Assembly (NCBI RefSeq): GCF_964355755.1
Contig: NC_092673.1
Coordinates: 14,976,948 to 15,040,947, forward strand
DNA from: Antedon mediterranea
Taxonomy: Eukaryota > Animalia > Echinodermata
DNA length: 64,000 nucleotides
Direction of reading: 5' to 3'
A program made the position numbers and the translations under genes. A model generated the notes under the pieces. That model saw only the letters and a list, made by a program, of their open reading frames with translations. It did no database searches and was not told the origin of the DNA. This document shows positions 12,901 to 27,900 of this stretch, one piece after another (the stretch's first letter is position 1; each line of letters starts with the position of its first letter).

Positions 12901-15900
12901 GAGCGCTCGCTTTGCATGTGAGAGGTACCGGGATCAATGCCGGGGTTCTCCAATAATGTTGGTTAAAGTTTATTACCGGTACTGTTACATTTTTTTGATG
13001 AGATTTTTAACTACTAAATATATTTTATCGCAACAATACTGGTGACAATATGAACAGTAACAAAATAGCTACTGGATTCGTGTAATTGTATAGATGGGGA
13101 ACTAGCTCAGATGGTAGAGCGCTCGGTTAGCTTGTGTGAGAGGTACCGGGAACAATGCCCGGGTTCTCCAATAATGTTGGTTAAAGTTTATTTCCGGTAC
13201 TGTAAAATCTTTTGAGATTTTAAAATACTGTATATATTTTATCGCATCAATACTGGTGACAATAATGAAGATTAATAAAATATCTACTGGTTTCGTGCAA
13301 TTGTATATATTGGGAAGTAGCTCAGATGGTAGAGCGCTCCCTTCGCATTTGAGAGGTACCGGGATAAATGCCCGGGTTCTCCAGTAATGTTTGTTAAAGT
13401 TTATTATCGTTACCATTACATTTTTTTGATGAGATGTTTAACTAATGTATATATTTCATCGCAAAAATACTGGTGACAATATGAACAGTAACAAAATAGC
13501 TACTGGATTCGTGTAATTGTATAGATGGGGAACTAGCTCAGATGGTAGAGCACTCGCTTCGCATGTGAGAGGTACCGGGATCAATGCTCGGGTTCTCCAA
13601 TAGGTTGGTTAAAGTTTATTATCGGTACCGTTACATTTTTTTGATGAGATTTTTAAATAATGTATATATTTCATCGCAACAATACTGGTGACAATATGTA
13701 CAGTAACAAAATAGCTACTGGATTCGTGTAATTGTATAGATGGGGAACTAGCTCAGATGGTAGAGCGCTCGCTTTGCATGTGAGAGGTACCGGGATCAAT
13801 GCCCGGGTTCTCCAATAATGTTGGTTAGAGTTTATTTTCGGTAATGTTACATTTTTGCCATAGATTTTTAACTACTATATATATTTTATCGCAACAATAC
13901 TGGTGAAAATATGAATAGTAATAAAATAGTTACTGGTTTCTTGTAATTCTACATACGGGGAACTAGCTCAGACGGTAGAGCGTTCGCTTAGCATATGAGT
14001 GGTACCGTGATCATGAATGCCCGGGTTCTCCAATAACGTTGGTTAAAGTTTATTTCCGTTACTGTTACATTTTTTGAGATTTTTAACTACTGTATATATT
14101 TCATCGCAACAATACTGGTGACAATATGAACAATAACAAAATAGCTACTGGATTCGTGTAATTGTATAGATGGGGAACTAGCTCAGATGGTAGAGCGCTC
14201 GCTTCGCATGTGAGAGGTACCGGGATCAATGCCCGGGTTCTCCAATATGTTGGTTAAAGTTGATTATCGGTACCGTTACATTTTTTTGATGAGATTTTTA
14301 AATAATGTATATATTTCATCGTAATAATACTGGTGACAATATGAACAGTAACAAAATAGCTACTGGATTCGTGTAATTGTATAGATGGGGAACTAGCTCA
14401 GATGGTAGAGCGCTCGCTTAGCATGTGAGAGGTACCGGGATCAATGCCCGGGTTCTCCAATAATGTTGGTTAAAGTTTATTACCGGTATTGTTACATTTT
14501 TTTGCTGAGATTTTTAACTAATGTATATATTTCATTGTAATAATACTAGTTACAATATGAACAGTAACAAAATAGCTACTGGATTCGTGTAATTGTATAG
14601 ATGGGGAACTAGCTCAGATGGTAGATCGCTCGCTTTGCATGTGAGAGGTACCGGGATCAATGCCGGGGTTCTCCAATAATGTTGGTTAAAGTTTATTACC
14701 GGTACTGTTACATTTTTTTGATGAGATTTTTAACTAATAAATATATTTTATCGCAACAATACTGGTGACAATATGAACAGTAACAAAAAAGCTACTGGAT
14801 TCGTGTAATTGTATAGATGGGAAACTAGCTCAGATGGTAGAGCGCTCGCTTAGCATGTGAGATGTACCGGGTTCTCCAATAATGTTGGTTAAAGTTTATT
14901 TCCGGAACTGTCAAATTTTTTGAGATTTTAAACTACTGTATATATTTTATCGCATCAATACTGGTGACAATATGAAGATTAATAAAATATCTACTGGTTT
15001 CGTGCAATTGTATATATGGGGAACTAGCTCAGATGGTAGAGCGCTCGCTTTGCATGTGAGAGGTACCGGGATCAATGCCCGGGTTCTCCAATAATGTTGG
15101 TTAAAGTTTATTACCGGTATTGTTACATTTTTTTTCTGAGATTTTTAACTAATGTATATATTTCATTGTAATAATACTGGTTACAATATGAACAGTAACA
15201 AAATAGCTACTGGATTCTTGTAATTCTACATACGGGGAACTAGCTCAGACGGTAGAGCGTTCGCTTAGCATATGAGAGGTACCGTGATCATGAATGCCCG
15301 GGTTCTCCAATAACGTTGGTTAAAGTTTATTTCCGTTACTGTTACATTTTTTCAGATTTTTAACTACTGTATATATTTCATCGCAACAATACTGGTGACA
15401 ATATGAACAGTAACAAAATAGTTACTGGATTCGTGTAATTGTATAGATGGGGAACTAGCTCAGATGGTAGAGCGCTCGCTTTGCATGTGAGAGGTACCGG
15501 GATCAATGCCGGGGTTCTCCAATAATGTTGGTTAAAGTTTATTACCGGTACTGTTACATTTTTTTGATGAGATTTTTAACTACTAAATATATTTTATCGC
15601 AACAATACTGGTGACAATATGAACAGTAACAAAATAGCTACTGGATTCGTGTAATTGTATAGATGGGGAACTAGCTCAGATGGTAGAGCGCTCGCTTAGC
15701 ATGTGAGATGTACCGGGTTCTCCAATAATGTTGGTTAAAGTTTATTTCCGGTACTGTCAAATTTTTTGAGATTTTTAACTACTGTATATATTTCATCGCA
15801 ACAATACTGGTGACAATATGAACAGTAACAAAATAGCTACTGGATTCGTGTAATTGTATAGATGGGGAACTAGCTCAGATGGTAGAGCGCTCGCTTCGCA

Positions 15901-18900
15901 TGTGAGAGGTACCGGGATCAATGCCCGGGTTCTCCAATAAGTTGGTTAAAGTTTATTATCGGTACCGTTACATTTTTTTGATGAGATTTTTAAATAATGT
16001 ATATATTTCATCGTAATAATACTGGTGACAATATGAACAGTAACAAAATAGCTACTGGATTCGTGTAATTGTATAGATGGGGAACTAGCTCAGATGGTAG
16101 AGCGCTCGCTTAGCATTTGAGAGGTACCGGGATCAATGCCCGGGTTCTCCAATAATGTTGGTTAAAGTTTATTACTGGTATTGTTTCATTTTTTTGCTGA
16201 GATTTTTAACTAATGTATATATTTCATTGTAATAATACTAGTTATAATATGAACAGTAACAAAATAGCTACTGGATTCGTGTAATTGTATAGATGGGGAA
16301 CTAGCTCAGATGGTAGAGCGCTCGCTTTGCATGTGAGAGGTACCGGGATCAATGCCGAGGTTCTCCAATAATGTTGGTTAAAGTTTATTACCGGTACTGT
16401 TACATTTTTTTGATGAGATTTTTAACTACTAAATATATTTTATCGCAACAATACTGGTGACAATATGAACAGTAACAAAATAGCTACTGGATTCGTGTAA
16501 TTGTATAGATGGGGAACTAGCTCAGATGGTAGAGCGCTCGCTTAGCATGTGAGAGGTACCGGGAACAATGCCCGGGTTCTCCAATAATGTTGGTTAAAGT
16601 TTATTTCCGGTACTGTAAAATCTTTTGAGATTTTAAAATACTGTATATATTTTATCGCATCAATACTGGTGACAAGAATGAAGATTAATAAAATATCTAC
16701 TGGTTTCGTGCAATTGTATATATTGGGAAGTAGCTCAGATGGTAGAGCGCTCCCTTCGCATTTGAGAGGTACCGGGATAAATGCCCGGGTTCTCCAGTAA
16801 TGTTTGTTAAAGTTTATTATCGTTACCGTTAAATTTTTTTGATGAGATTTTTAACTAATGTATTTATTTCATCGTAATAATACTGGTGACAATATGAACA
16901 GTAACAAAATAGCTACTGGATTCGTGTAATTGTATAGATGGGGAACTAGCTCAGATGGTAGAGCGCTCGCTTTGCATGTGAGAGGTACCGGGATCAATGC
17001 CCGGGTTCTCCAATAATGTTGGTTAAAGTTTATTTTCGGTAATGTTACATTTTTGCCTGAGATTTTTAACTACTATATATATTTTATCGCAACAATACTG
17101 GTGAAAATATGAACAGTAATAACATAGTTATTGGTTTCTTGTAATTCTACATACGGGGAACTAGCTCAGACGGTAGAGCGTTCGCTTAGCATATGAGAGG
17201 TACCGTGATCATGAATGCCCGGGTTCTCCAATAACGTTGGTTAAAGTTTATTTCCGTTACTGTTACATTTTTTCAGATTTTTAACTACTGTATATATTTC
17301 ATCGCAACAATACTGGTGACAATATGAACAGTAACAAAATAGCTACTGGATTCGTGTAATTGTATAGATGGGGAACTAGCTCAGATGGTAGAGCGCTCGC
17401 TTAGCATGTGAGATGTACCGGGTTCTCCAATAATGTTGGTTAAAGTTTATTTCCGGTACTGTCAAATTTTTTGAGATTTTAAACTACTGTATATATTTTA
17501 TCGCATCAATACTGGTGACAATATGAAGATTAATAAAATATCTACTGGTTTCGTGCAATTGTATATATGGGGAACTAGCTCAGATGGTAGAGCGCTCGCT
17601 TTGCATGTGAGAGGTACCGGGATCAATGCCCGGGTTCTCCAATAATGTTGGTTAAAGTTTATTACCGGTATTGTTACATTTTTTTGCTGAGATTTTTAAC
17701 TAATGTATATATTTCATTGTAATAATACTGGTTACAATATGAACAGTAACAAAATAGCTACTGGATTCGTGTAATTGTATAGATGGGGAACTAGCTCAGA
17801 TGGTAGAGCGCTCGCTTTGCATGTGAGAGGTACCGGGATCAATGCCGGGGTTCTCCAATAATGTTGGTTAAAGTTTATTACCGGTACTGTTACATTTTTC
17901 GATGTGATTTTTAACAACTAAATATATTTTATCGCAACAATACTGGTGAAAATATGAACAGTAATAAAATAGTTACTGGTTTCTTGTAATTCTACATACG
18001 GGGAACTAGCTCAGACGGTAGAGCGTTCGCTTAGCATATGAGAGGTACCGTGATCATGAATGCCCGGGTTCTCCAATAACGTTGGTTAAAGTTTATTTCC
18101 GTTACTGTTACATTTTTTCAGATTTTTAACTACTGTATATATTTCATCGCAACAATACTGGTGACAATATGAACAGTAACAAAATAGCTACTGGATTCGT
18201 GTAATTGTATAGATGGGGAACTAGCTCAGATGGTAGAGCGCTCGCTTTGCATGTGAGAGGTACCGGGATCAATGCCGGGGTTCTCCAATAATGTTGGTTA
18301 AAGTTTATTACCGGTACTGTTACATTTTTTTGATGAGATTTTTAACTACTAAATATATTTTATCGCAACAATACTGGTGACAATATGAACAGTAACAAAA
18401 TAGCTACTGGATTCGTGTAATTGTATAGATGGGGAACTAGCTCAGATGGTAGAGCGCTCGCTTAGTATGTGAGATGTACCGGGTTCTCCAATAATGTTGG
18501 TTAAAGTTTATTTCCGGTACTGTCAAATTTTTTGAGATTTTAAACTACTGTATATATTTTATCGCATCAATACTGGTGACAATATGAAGATTAATAAAAT
18601 ATCTACTGGTTTCGTGCAATTGTATATATGGGGAACTAGCTCAGATGGTAGAGCGCTCGCTTTGCATGTGAGAGGTACCGGGATCAATGCCCGGGTTCTC
18701 CAATAATGTTGGTTAAAGTTTATTACCGGTATTGTTACATTTTTTTGCTGAGATTTTTAACTAATGTATATATTTCATTGTAATAATACTGGTTACAATA
18801 TGAACAGTAACAAAATAGCTACTGGATTCGTGTAATTGTATAGATGGGGAACTAGCTCAGATGGTAGAGCGCTCGCTTTGCATGTGAGAGGTACCGGGAT

Positions 18901-21900
18901 CAATGCCCGGGTTCTCCAATAATGTTGGTTAAAGTTTATTTTCGGTAATGTTACATTTTTGCCTGAGATTTTTAACTACTATATATATTTTATCGCAACA
19001 ATACTGGTGAAAATATGAACAGTAATAAAATAGTTACTGGTTTCTTGTAATTCTACATACGGGGAACTAGCTCAGACGGTAGAGCGTTCGCTTAGCATAT
19101 GAGAGGTACCGTGATCATGAATGCCCGGGTTCTCCAATAACGTTGGTTAAAGTTTATTTCCGTTACTGTTACATTTTTTGAGATTTTTAACTACTGTATA
19201 TATTTCATCGCAACAATACTGGTGACAATATGAACAATAACAAAATAGCTACTGGATTCGTGTAATTGTATAGACGGGGAACTAGCTCAGAAGGTAGAGC
19301 GCTCGCTTTGCATGTGAGAGGTACCGGGATCAATGCCCGGGTTCTCCAATAATGTTGGTTAGAGTTTATTTTCGGTAATGTTACATTTTTGCCTGAGATT
19401 TTTAACTACTATATATATTTTATCGCAACAATACTGGTGAAAATATGAACAGTAATAATAGTTACTGGTTTCTTGTAATTCTACATACAGGGAACTAGCT
19501 CAGACGGTAGAGCGTTCGCTTAGCATGTGAGAGGTACCGTGATCATGAATGCCCGGGTTCTCCAATAACGTTGGTTAAAGTTTATTTCCGTTACTGTTAC
19601 ATTTTTTGAGATTTTTAACTACTGTATATATTTCATCGCAACAATACTGGTGACAATATGAACAGTAACAAAATAGCTACTGGATTCGTGTAATTGTATA
19701 GATGGGGAACTAGCTCAGATGGTAGAGCGCTCGCTTCGCATGTGAGAGGTACCGGGATCAATGCCCGGGTTCTCCAATATGTTGGTTAAAGTTTATTATC
19801 GGTACCGTTACATTTTTTTGATGAGATTTTTAAATAATGTATATATTTCATCGTAATAATACTGGTGACAATATGAACAGTAACAAAATAGCTACTGGAT
19901 TCGTGTAATTGTATAGATGGGGAACTAGCTCAGATGGTAGAGCGCTCGCTTAGCATTTGAGAGGTACCGGGATCAATGCCCGGGTTCTCCAATAATGTTG
20001 GTTAAAGTTTATTACTGGTATTGTTTCATTTTTTTGCTGAGATTTTTAACTAATGTATATATTTCATTGTAATAATACTAGTTATAATATAAACAGTAAC
20101 AAAATAGCTACTGGATTCGTGTAATTGTATAGATGGGGAACTAGCTCAGATGGTAGAGCGCTCGCTTTGCATGTGAGAGGTACCGGGATCAATGCCGGGG
20201 TTCTCCAATAATGTTGGTTAAAGTTTATTACCGGTACTGTTACATTTTTTTGATGAGATTTTTAACTACTAAATATATTTTATCGCAACAATACTGGTGA
20301 CAATATGAACAGTAACAAAATAGCTACTGGATTCGTGTAATTGTATAGATGGGGAACTAGCTCAGATGGTAGAGCGCTCGCTTAGCATGTGAGAGGTACC
20401 GGGAACAATGCCCGGGTTCTCCAATAATGTTGGTTAAAGTTTATTTCCGGTACTGTAAAATCTTTTGAGATTTTAAAATACTGTATATATTTTATCGCAT
20501 CAATACTGGTGACAATAATGAAGATTAATAAAATATCTACTGGTTTCGTGCAATTGTATATGTTGGGAAGTAGCTCAGATGGTAGAGCGCTCCCTTCGCA
20601 TTTGAGAGGTACCGGGATAAATGCCCGGGTTCTCCAGTAATGTTTGTTAAAGTTTATTATCGTTACCGTTACATTTTTTTGATGAGATTTTTAACTAATG
20701 TATATATTTCATCGCAAAAATACTGGTGACAATATGAACAGTAACAAAATAGCTACTGGATTCGTGTAATTGTATAGATGGGGAACTAGCTCAGATGGTA
20801 GAGCACTCGCTTCGCATGTGAGCGGTACCGGGATCAATGCTCGGGTTCTCCAATATGTTGGTTAAAGTTTATTATCGGTACCGTTACATTTTTTTGATGA
20901 GATTTTTAAATAATGTATATATTTCATCGCAACAATACTGGTGACAATATGTACAGTAACAAAATAGCTACTGGATTCGTGTAATTGTATAGATGGGGAA
21001 CTAGCTCAGATGGTAGAGCGCTCGCTTTGCATGTGAGAGGTACCGGGATCAATGCCCGGGTTCTCCAATAATGTTGGTTAGAGTTTATTTTCGGTAATGT
21101 TACATTTTTGCCATAGATTTTTAACTACTATATATATTTTATCGCAACAATACTGGTGAAAATATGAATAGTAATAAAATAGTTACTGGTTTCTTGTAAT
21201 TCTACATACGGGGAACTAGCTCAGACGGTAGAGCGTTCGCTTAGCATATGAGAGGTACCGTGATCATGAATGCCCGGGTTCTCCAATAACGTTGGTTAAA
21301 GTTTATTTCCGTTACTGTTACATTTTTTGAGATTTTTAACTACTGTATATATTTCATCGCAACAATACTGGTGACAATATGAACAGTAACAAAATAGCTA
21401 CTGGATTCGTGTAATTGTATAGATGGGGAACTAGCTCAGATGGTAGAGCGCTCGCTTCGCATGTGAGAGGTACCGGGATCAATGCCCGGGTTCTCCAATA
21501 TGTTGGTTAAAGTTGATTATCGGTACCGTTACATTTTTTTGATGAGATTTTTAAATAATGTATATATTTCATCGTAATAATACTGGTGACAATATGAACA
21601 GTAACAAAATAGCTACTGGATTCGTGTAATTGTATAGATGGGGAACTAGCTCAGATGGTAGAGCACTCGCTTAGCATGTGAGAGGTACCGGGATCAATGC
21701 CCGGGTTCTCCAATAATGTTGGTTAAAGTTTATTACCGGTATTGTTACATTTTTTTGCTGAGATTTTTAACTAATGTATATATTTCATTGTAATAATACT
21801 AGTTACAATATGAACAGTAACAAAATAGCTACTGGATTCGTGTAATTGTATAGATGGGGAACTAGCTCAGATGGTAGAGCGCTCGCTTTGCATGTGAGAG

Positions 21901-24900
21901 GTACCGGGATCAATGCCGGGGTTCTCCAATAATGTTGGTTAAAGTTTATTACCGGTACTGTTACATTTTTTTGATGAGATTTTTAACTACTAAATATATT
22001 TTATCGCAACAATACTGGTGACAATATGAACAGTAACAAAAAAGCTACTGGATTCGTGTAATTGTATAGATGGGAAACTAGCTCAGATGGTAGAGCGCTC
22101 GCTTAGCATGTGAGATGTAGGCCTACCGGGTTCTCCAATAATGTTGGTTAAAGTTTATTTCCGGTACTGTCAAATTTTTTGAGATTTTAAACTACTGTAT
22201 ATATTTTATCGCATCAATACTGGTGACAATAATCAAGATTAATAAAATATCTACTGGTTTCGTGCAATTGTATATATTGGGAAGTAGCTCAGATGGTAGA
22301 GCGCTCGCTTCGCATTTGAGAGGTGCCGGGATAAATGCCAGGGTTCTCCAGTAATGTTGGTTAAAGTTTATTATCGTTTACCGTTACATTTTTTTTGATG
22401 AGATTTTTAACTAATGTATTTATTTCATCGTAATAATACTGGTGACAATATGAACAGTAACAAAATAGCTACTGGATTCGTGTAATTGTATAGATGGGGA
22501 ACTAGCTCAGATGGTAGAGCGCTCGCTTTGCATGTGAGAGGTACCGGGATCAATACCCGGGTTCTCCAATAATGTTGGTTAAAGTTTATTTTCGGTAATG
22601 TTACATTTTTGCCTGAGATTTTTAACTACTATATATATTTTATCGCAACAATACTGGTGAAAATATGAACAGTAATAAAATAGTTACTGGTTTCTTGTAA
22701 TTCTACATACGGGGAACTAGCTCAGACGGTAGAGCGTTCGCTTAGCATATGAGAGGTACCGTGATCATGAATGCCCGGGTTCTCCAATAACGTTGGTTAA
22801 AGTTTATTTCCGTTACTGTTACATTTTTTGAGATTTTTAACTACTGTATATATTTCATCGCAACAATACTGGTGACAATATGAACAATAACAAAATAGCT
22901 ACTGGATTCGTGTAATTGTATAGACGGGGAACTAGCTCAGATGGTAGAGCGCTCGCTTTGCATGTGAGAGGTACCGGGATCAATGCCCGGGTTCTCCAAT
23001 AATGTTTGTTAGAGTTTATTTTCGGTAATGTTACATTTTTGCCTGAGATTTTTAACTACTATATATATTTTATCGCAACAATACTGGTGAAAATATGAAC
23101 AGTAATAATAGTTACTGGTTTCTTGTAATTCTACATACGGGGAACTAGCTCAGACGGTAGAGCGTTCGCTTAGCATATGAGAGGTACCGTGATCATGAAT
23201 GCCCGGGTTCTCCAATAACGTTGGTTAAAGTTTATTTCCGTTACTGTTACATTTTTTGAGATTTTTAACTACTGTATATATTTCATCGCAACAATACTGG
23301 TGACAATATGAACAGTAACAAAATAGCTACTGGATTCGTGTAATTGTATAGATGGGGAACTAGCTCAGATGGTAGAGCGCTCGCTTCGCATGTGAGAGGT
23401 ACCGGGATCAATGCCCGGGTTCTCCAATATGTTGGTTAAAGTTTATTATCGGTACTGTTACATTTTTGCCTGAGATTTTAAAATACTGTATATATTTTAT
23501 CGCATCAATACTGGTGACAATAATGAAGATTAATAAAATATCTACTGGTTTCGTGCAATTGTATATATTGGGAAGTAGCTCAGATGGTAGAGCGCTCCCT
23601 TCGCATTTGAGAGGTACCGGGATAAATGCCCGGGTTCTCCAGTAATGTTTTTTAAAGTTTATTATCGTTACCGTTACATTTTTTTGATGAGATTTTTAAC
23701 TAATGTATTTATTTCATCGTAATAATACTGGTGACAATATGAACAGTAACAAAATAGCTACTGGATTCGTGTAATTGTAAAGATGGGGAACTAGCTCAGA
23801 TGGTAGAGTGCTCGCTTTGCATGTGAGAGGTACCGGGATCAATGCCCGGGTTCTCCAATAATGTTGGTTAAAGTTTATTTTCGGTAATGTTACATTTTTG
23901 CCTGAGATTTTTAACTACTATATATATTTTATCGCAACAATACTGGTGAAAATATGAACAGTAATAAAATAGTTACTGGTTTCTTGTAATTCTACATTCG
24001 GGGAACTAGCTCAGACGGTAGAGCGTTCGCTTAGCATATGAGAGGTACCGTGATCATGAATGCCCGGGTTCTCCAATAACGTTGGTTAAAGTTTATTTCC
24101 GTTACTGTTACATTTTTTCAGATTTTTAACTACTGTATATATTTCATCGCAACAATACTGGTGACAATATGAACAGTAACAAAATAGCTACTGGATTCGT
24201 GTAATTGTATAGATGGGGAACTAGCTCAGATGGTAGAGCGCTCGCTTTGCATGTGAGAGGTACCGGGATCAATGCCGGGGTTCTCCAATAATGTTGGTTA
24301 AAGTTTATTACCGCTACTGTTACATTTTTTTGATGAGATTTTTAACTACTAAATATATTTTATCGCAACAATACTGGTGACAATATGAACAGTAACAAAA
24401 TAGCTACTGGATTCGTGTAATTGTATAGATGGGGAACTAGCTCAGATGGTAGAGCGCTCGCTTAGCATGTGAGATGTACCGGGTTCTCCAATAATGTTGG
24501 TTAAAGTTTATTTCCGGTACTGTCAAATTTTTTGAGATTTTAAACTACTGTATATATTTTATCGCATCAATACTGGTGACAATATGAAGATTAATAAAAT
24601 ATCTACTGGTTTCGTGCAATTGTATATATGGGGAACTAGCTCAGATGGTAGAGCGCTCGCTTTGCATGTGAGAGGTACCGGGACCAATGCCCGGGTTCTC
24701 CAATAATGTTGGTTAAAGTTTATTACCGGTATTGTTACATTTTTTTGCTGAGATTTTTAACTAATGTATATATTTCATTGTAATAATACTGGTTACAATA
24801 TGAACAGTAACAAAATAGCTACTGGATTCGTGTAATTGTATAGATGGGGAACTAGCTCAGATGGTAGAGCGCTCGCTTTGCATGTGAGAGGTACCGGGAT

Positions 24901-27900
24901 CAATGCCGGGGTTCTCCAATAATGTTGGTTAAAGTTTATTACCGGTACTGTTACATTTTTTGATGTGATTTTTAACTACTAAATATATTTTATCGCAACA
25001 ATACTGGTGACAATATGAACAGTAACAAAATAGCTACTGGATTCGTGTAATAGTATAGATGGGGAACTAGCTCAGATGGTAGAGCGCTCGCTTAGCATGT
25101 GAGAGGTACCGGGATCAATGCCCGGGTTCTCCAATAATGTTGGTTAAAGTTTATTTCCGGTACTGTAAAATTTTTTGAGATTTTAAACTACTGTATATAT
25201 TTTATCGCATCAATACTGGTGACAATAATCAAGATTAATAAAATATCTACTGGTTTCGTGCATTTGTATATATTGGGAAGTAGCTCAGATGGTAGAGCGC
25301 TCGCTTCGCATTTGAGAGGTGCCGGGATAAATGCCCGGGTTCTCCAGTAATGTTGGTTAAAGTTTATTATCGTTACCGTTACATTTTTTTTGATGAGATT
25401 TTTAACTAATGTATTTATTTCATCGTAATAATACTGGTGACAATATGAACAGTAACAAAATAGCTACTGGATTCGTGTAATTGTATAGATGGGGAACTAG
25501 CTCAGATGGTAGAGCGCTCGCTTTGCATGTGAGAGGTACCGGGATCAATGCCCGGGTTCTCCAATAATGTTGGTTAAAGTTTATTTTCGGTAATGTTACA
25601 TTTTTGCCTGAGATTTTTAACTACTATATATATTTTATCGCAACAATACTGGTGAAAATATGAACAGTAATAAAATAGTTACTGGTTTCTTGTAATTCTA
25701 CATACGGGGAACTAGCTCAGACGGTAGAGCGTTCGCTTAGCATATGAGAGGTACCGTGATCATGAATGCCCGGGTTCTCCAATGACGTTGGTTAAAGTTT
25801 ATTTCCGTTACTGTTACATTTTTTGAGATTTTTAACTACTGTATATATTTCATCGCAACAATACTGGTGACAATATGAACAATAACAAAATAGCTACTGG
25901 ATTCGTGTAATTGTATAGACGGGGAACTAGCTCAGATGGTAGAGCGCTCGCTTTGCATGTGAGAGGTTCCGGGATCAATGCCCGGGTTCTCCAATAATGT
26001 TGGTTAGAGTTTATTTTCGGTAATGTTACATTTTTGCCTGAGATTTTTAACTACTATATATATTTTATCGCAACAATACTGGTGAAAATATGAACAGTAA
26101 TAATAGTTACTGGTTTCTTGTAATTCTACATACGGGGAACTAGCTCAGACGGTAGAGCGTTCGCTTAGCATATTAGAAGTACCGTGATCATGAATGCCCG
26201 GGTTCTCCAATAACGTTGGTTAAAGTTTATTTCCGTTACTGTTACATTTTTTGAGATTTTTAACTACTGTATATATTTCATCGCAACAATACTGGTGACA
26301 ATATGAACAGTAACAAAATAGCTACTGGATTCGTGTAATTGTATAGATGGGGGACTAGCTCAGATGGTAGAGCGCTCGCTTCGCATGTGAGAGGTACCGG
26401 GATCAATGCCCGGGTTCTCCAATATGTTGGTTAAAGTTTATTATCGGTACCGTTACATTTTTTTGATGAGATTTTTAAATAATGTATATATTTCATCGTA
26501 ATAATACTGGTGACAATATGAACAGTAACAAAATAGCTACTGGATTCGTGTAATTGTATAGATGGGGAACTAGCTCAGATGGTAGAGCGCTCGCTTAGCA
26601 TTTGAGAGGTACCGGGATCAATGCCCGGGTTCTCCAATAATGTTGGTTAAAGTTTATTACTGGTATTGTTTCATTTTTTTGCTGAGATTTTTAACTAATG
26701 TATATATTTCATTGTAATAATACTAGTTATAATATGAACAGTAACAAAATAGCTACTGGATTCGTGTAATTGTATAGATGGGGAACTAGCTCAGATGGTA
26801 GAGCGCTCGCTTTGCATGTGAGAGGTACCGGGATCAATGCCGGGGTTCTCCAATAATGTTGGTTAAAGTTTATTACCGGTACTGTTACATTTTTTTGATG
26901 AGATTTTTAACTACTAAATATATTTTATCGCAACAATACTGGTGACAATATGAACAGTAACAAAATAGCTACTGGATTCGTGTAATTGTATAGATGGGAA
27001 ACTAGCTCAGATGGTAGAGCGCTCACTTAGCATGTGAGAGGTACCGGGAACAATGCCCGGGTTCTCCAATAATGTTGGTTAAAGTTTATTTCCGGTACTG
27101 TAAAATCTTTTGAGATTTTAAAATACTGTATATATTTTATCGCATCAATACTGGTGACAATAATGAAGATTAATAAAATATCTACTGGTTTCGTGCAATT
27201 GTATATATTGGGAAGTAGCTCAGATGGTAGAGCGCTCCCTTCGCATTTGAGAGGTACCGGGATAAATGCCCGGGTTCTCCAGTAATGTTTGTTAAAGTTT
27301 ATTATCGTTACCGTTACATTTTTTTGATGAGATTTTTAACTAATGTATTTTTGTCATCGTAATAATACTGGTGACAATATGAACAGTAACAAAATAGCTA
27401 CTGGATTCGTGTAATTGTATAGATGGGGAACTAGCTCAGATGGTAGAGCGCTCGCTTTGCATGTGAGAGGTACCGGGATCAATGCCCGGGTTCTCCAATA
27501 ATGTTGGTTAAAGTTTATTTTCGGTAATGTTACATTTTTGCCTGAGATTTTTAACTACTATATATATTTTATCGCAACAATACTGGTGAAAATATGAACA
27601 GTAATAAAATAGTTACTGGTTTCTTGTAATTCTACATACGGGGAACTAGCTCAGACGGTAGAGCGTTCGCTTAGCATATGAGAGGTACCGTGATCATGAA
27701 TGCCCGGGTTCTCCAATAACGTTGGTTAAAGTTTATTTCCGTTACTGTTACATTTTTTCAGATTTTTAACTACTGTATATATTTCATCGCAACAATACTG
27801 GTGACAATATGAAGAGTAACAAAATAGCTACTGGATTCGTGTAATTGTATAGATGGGGAACTAGCTCAGATGCTAGAGCGCTCGCTTCGCATGTGAGAGG

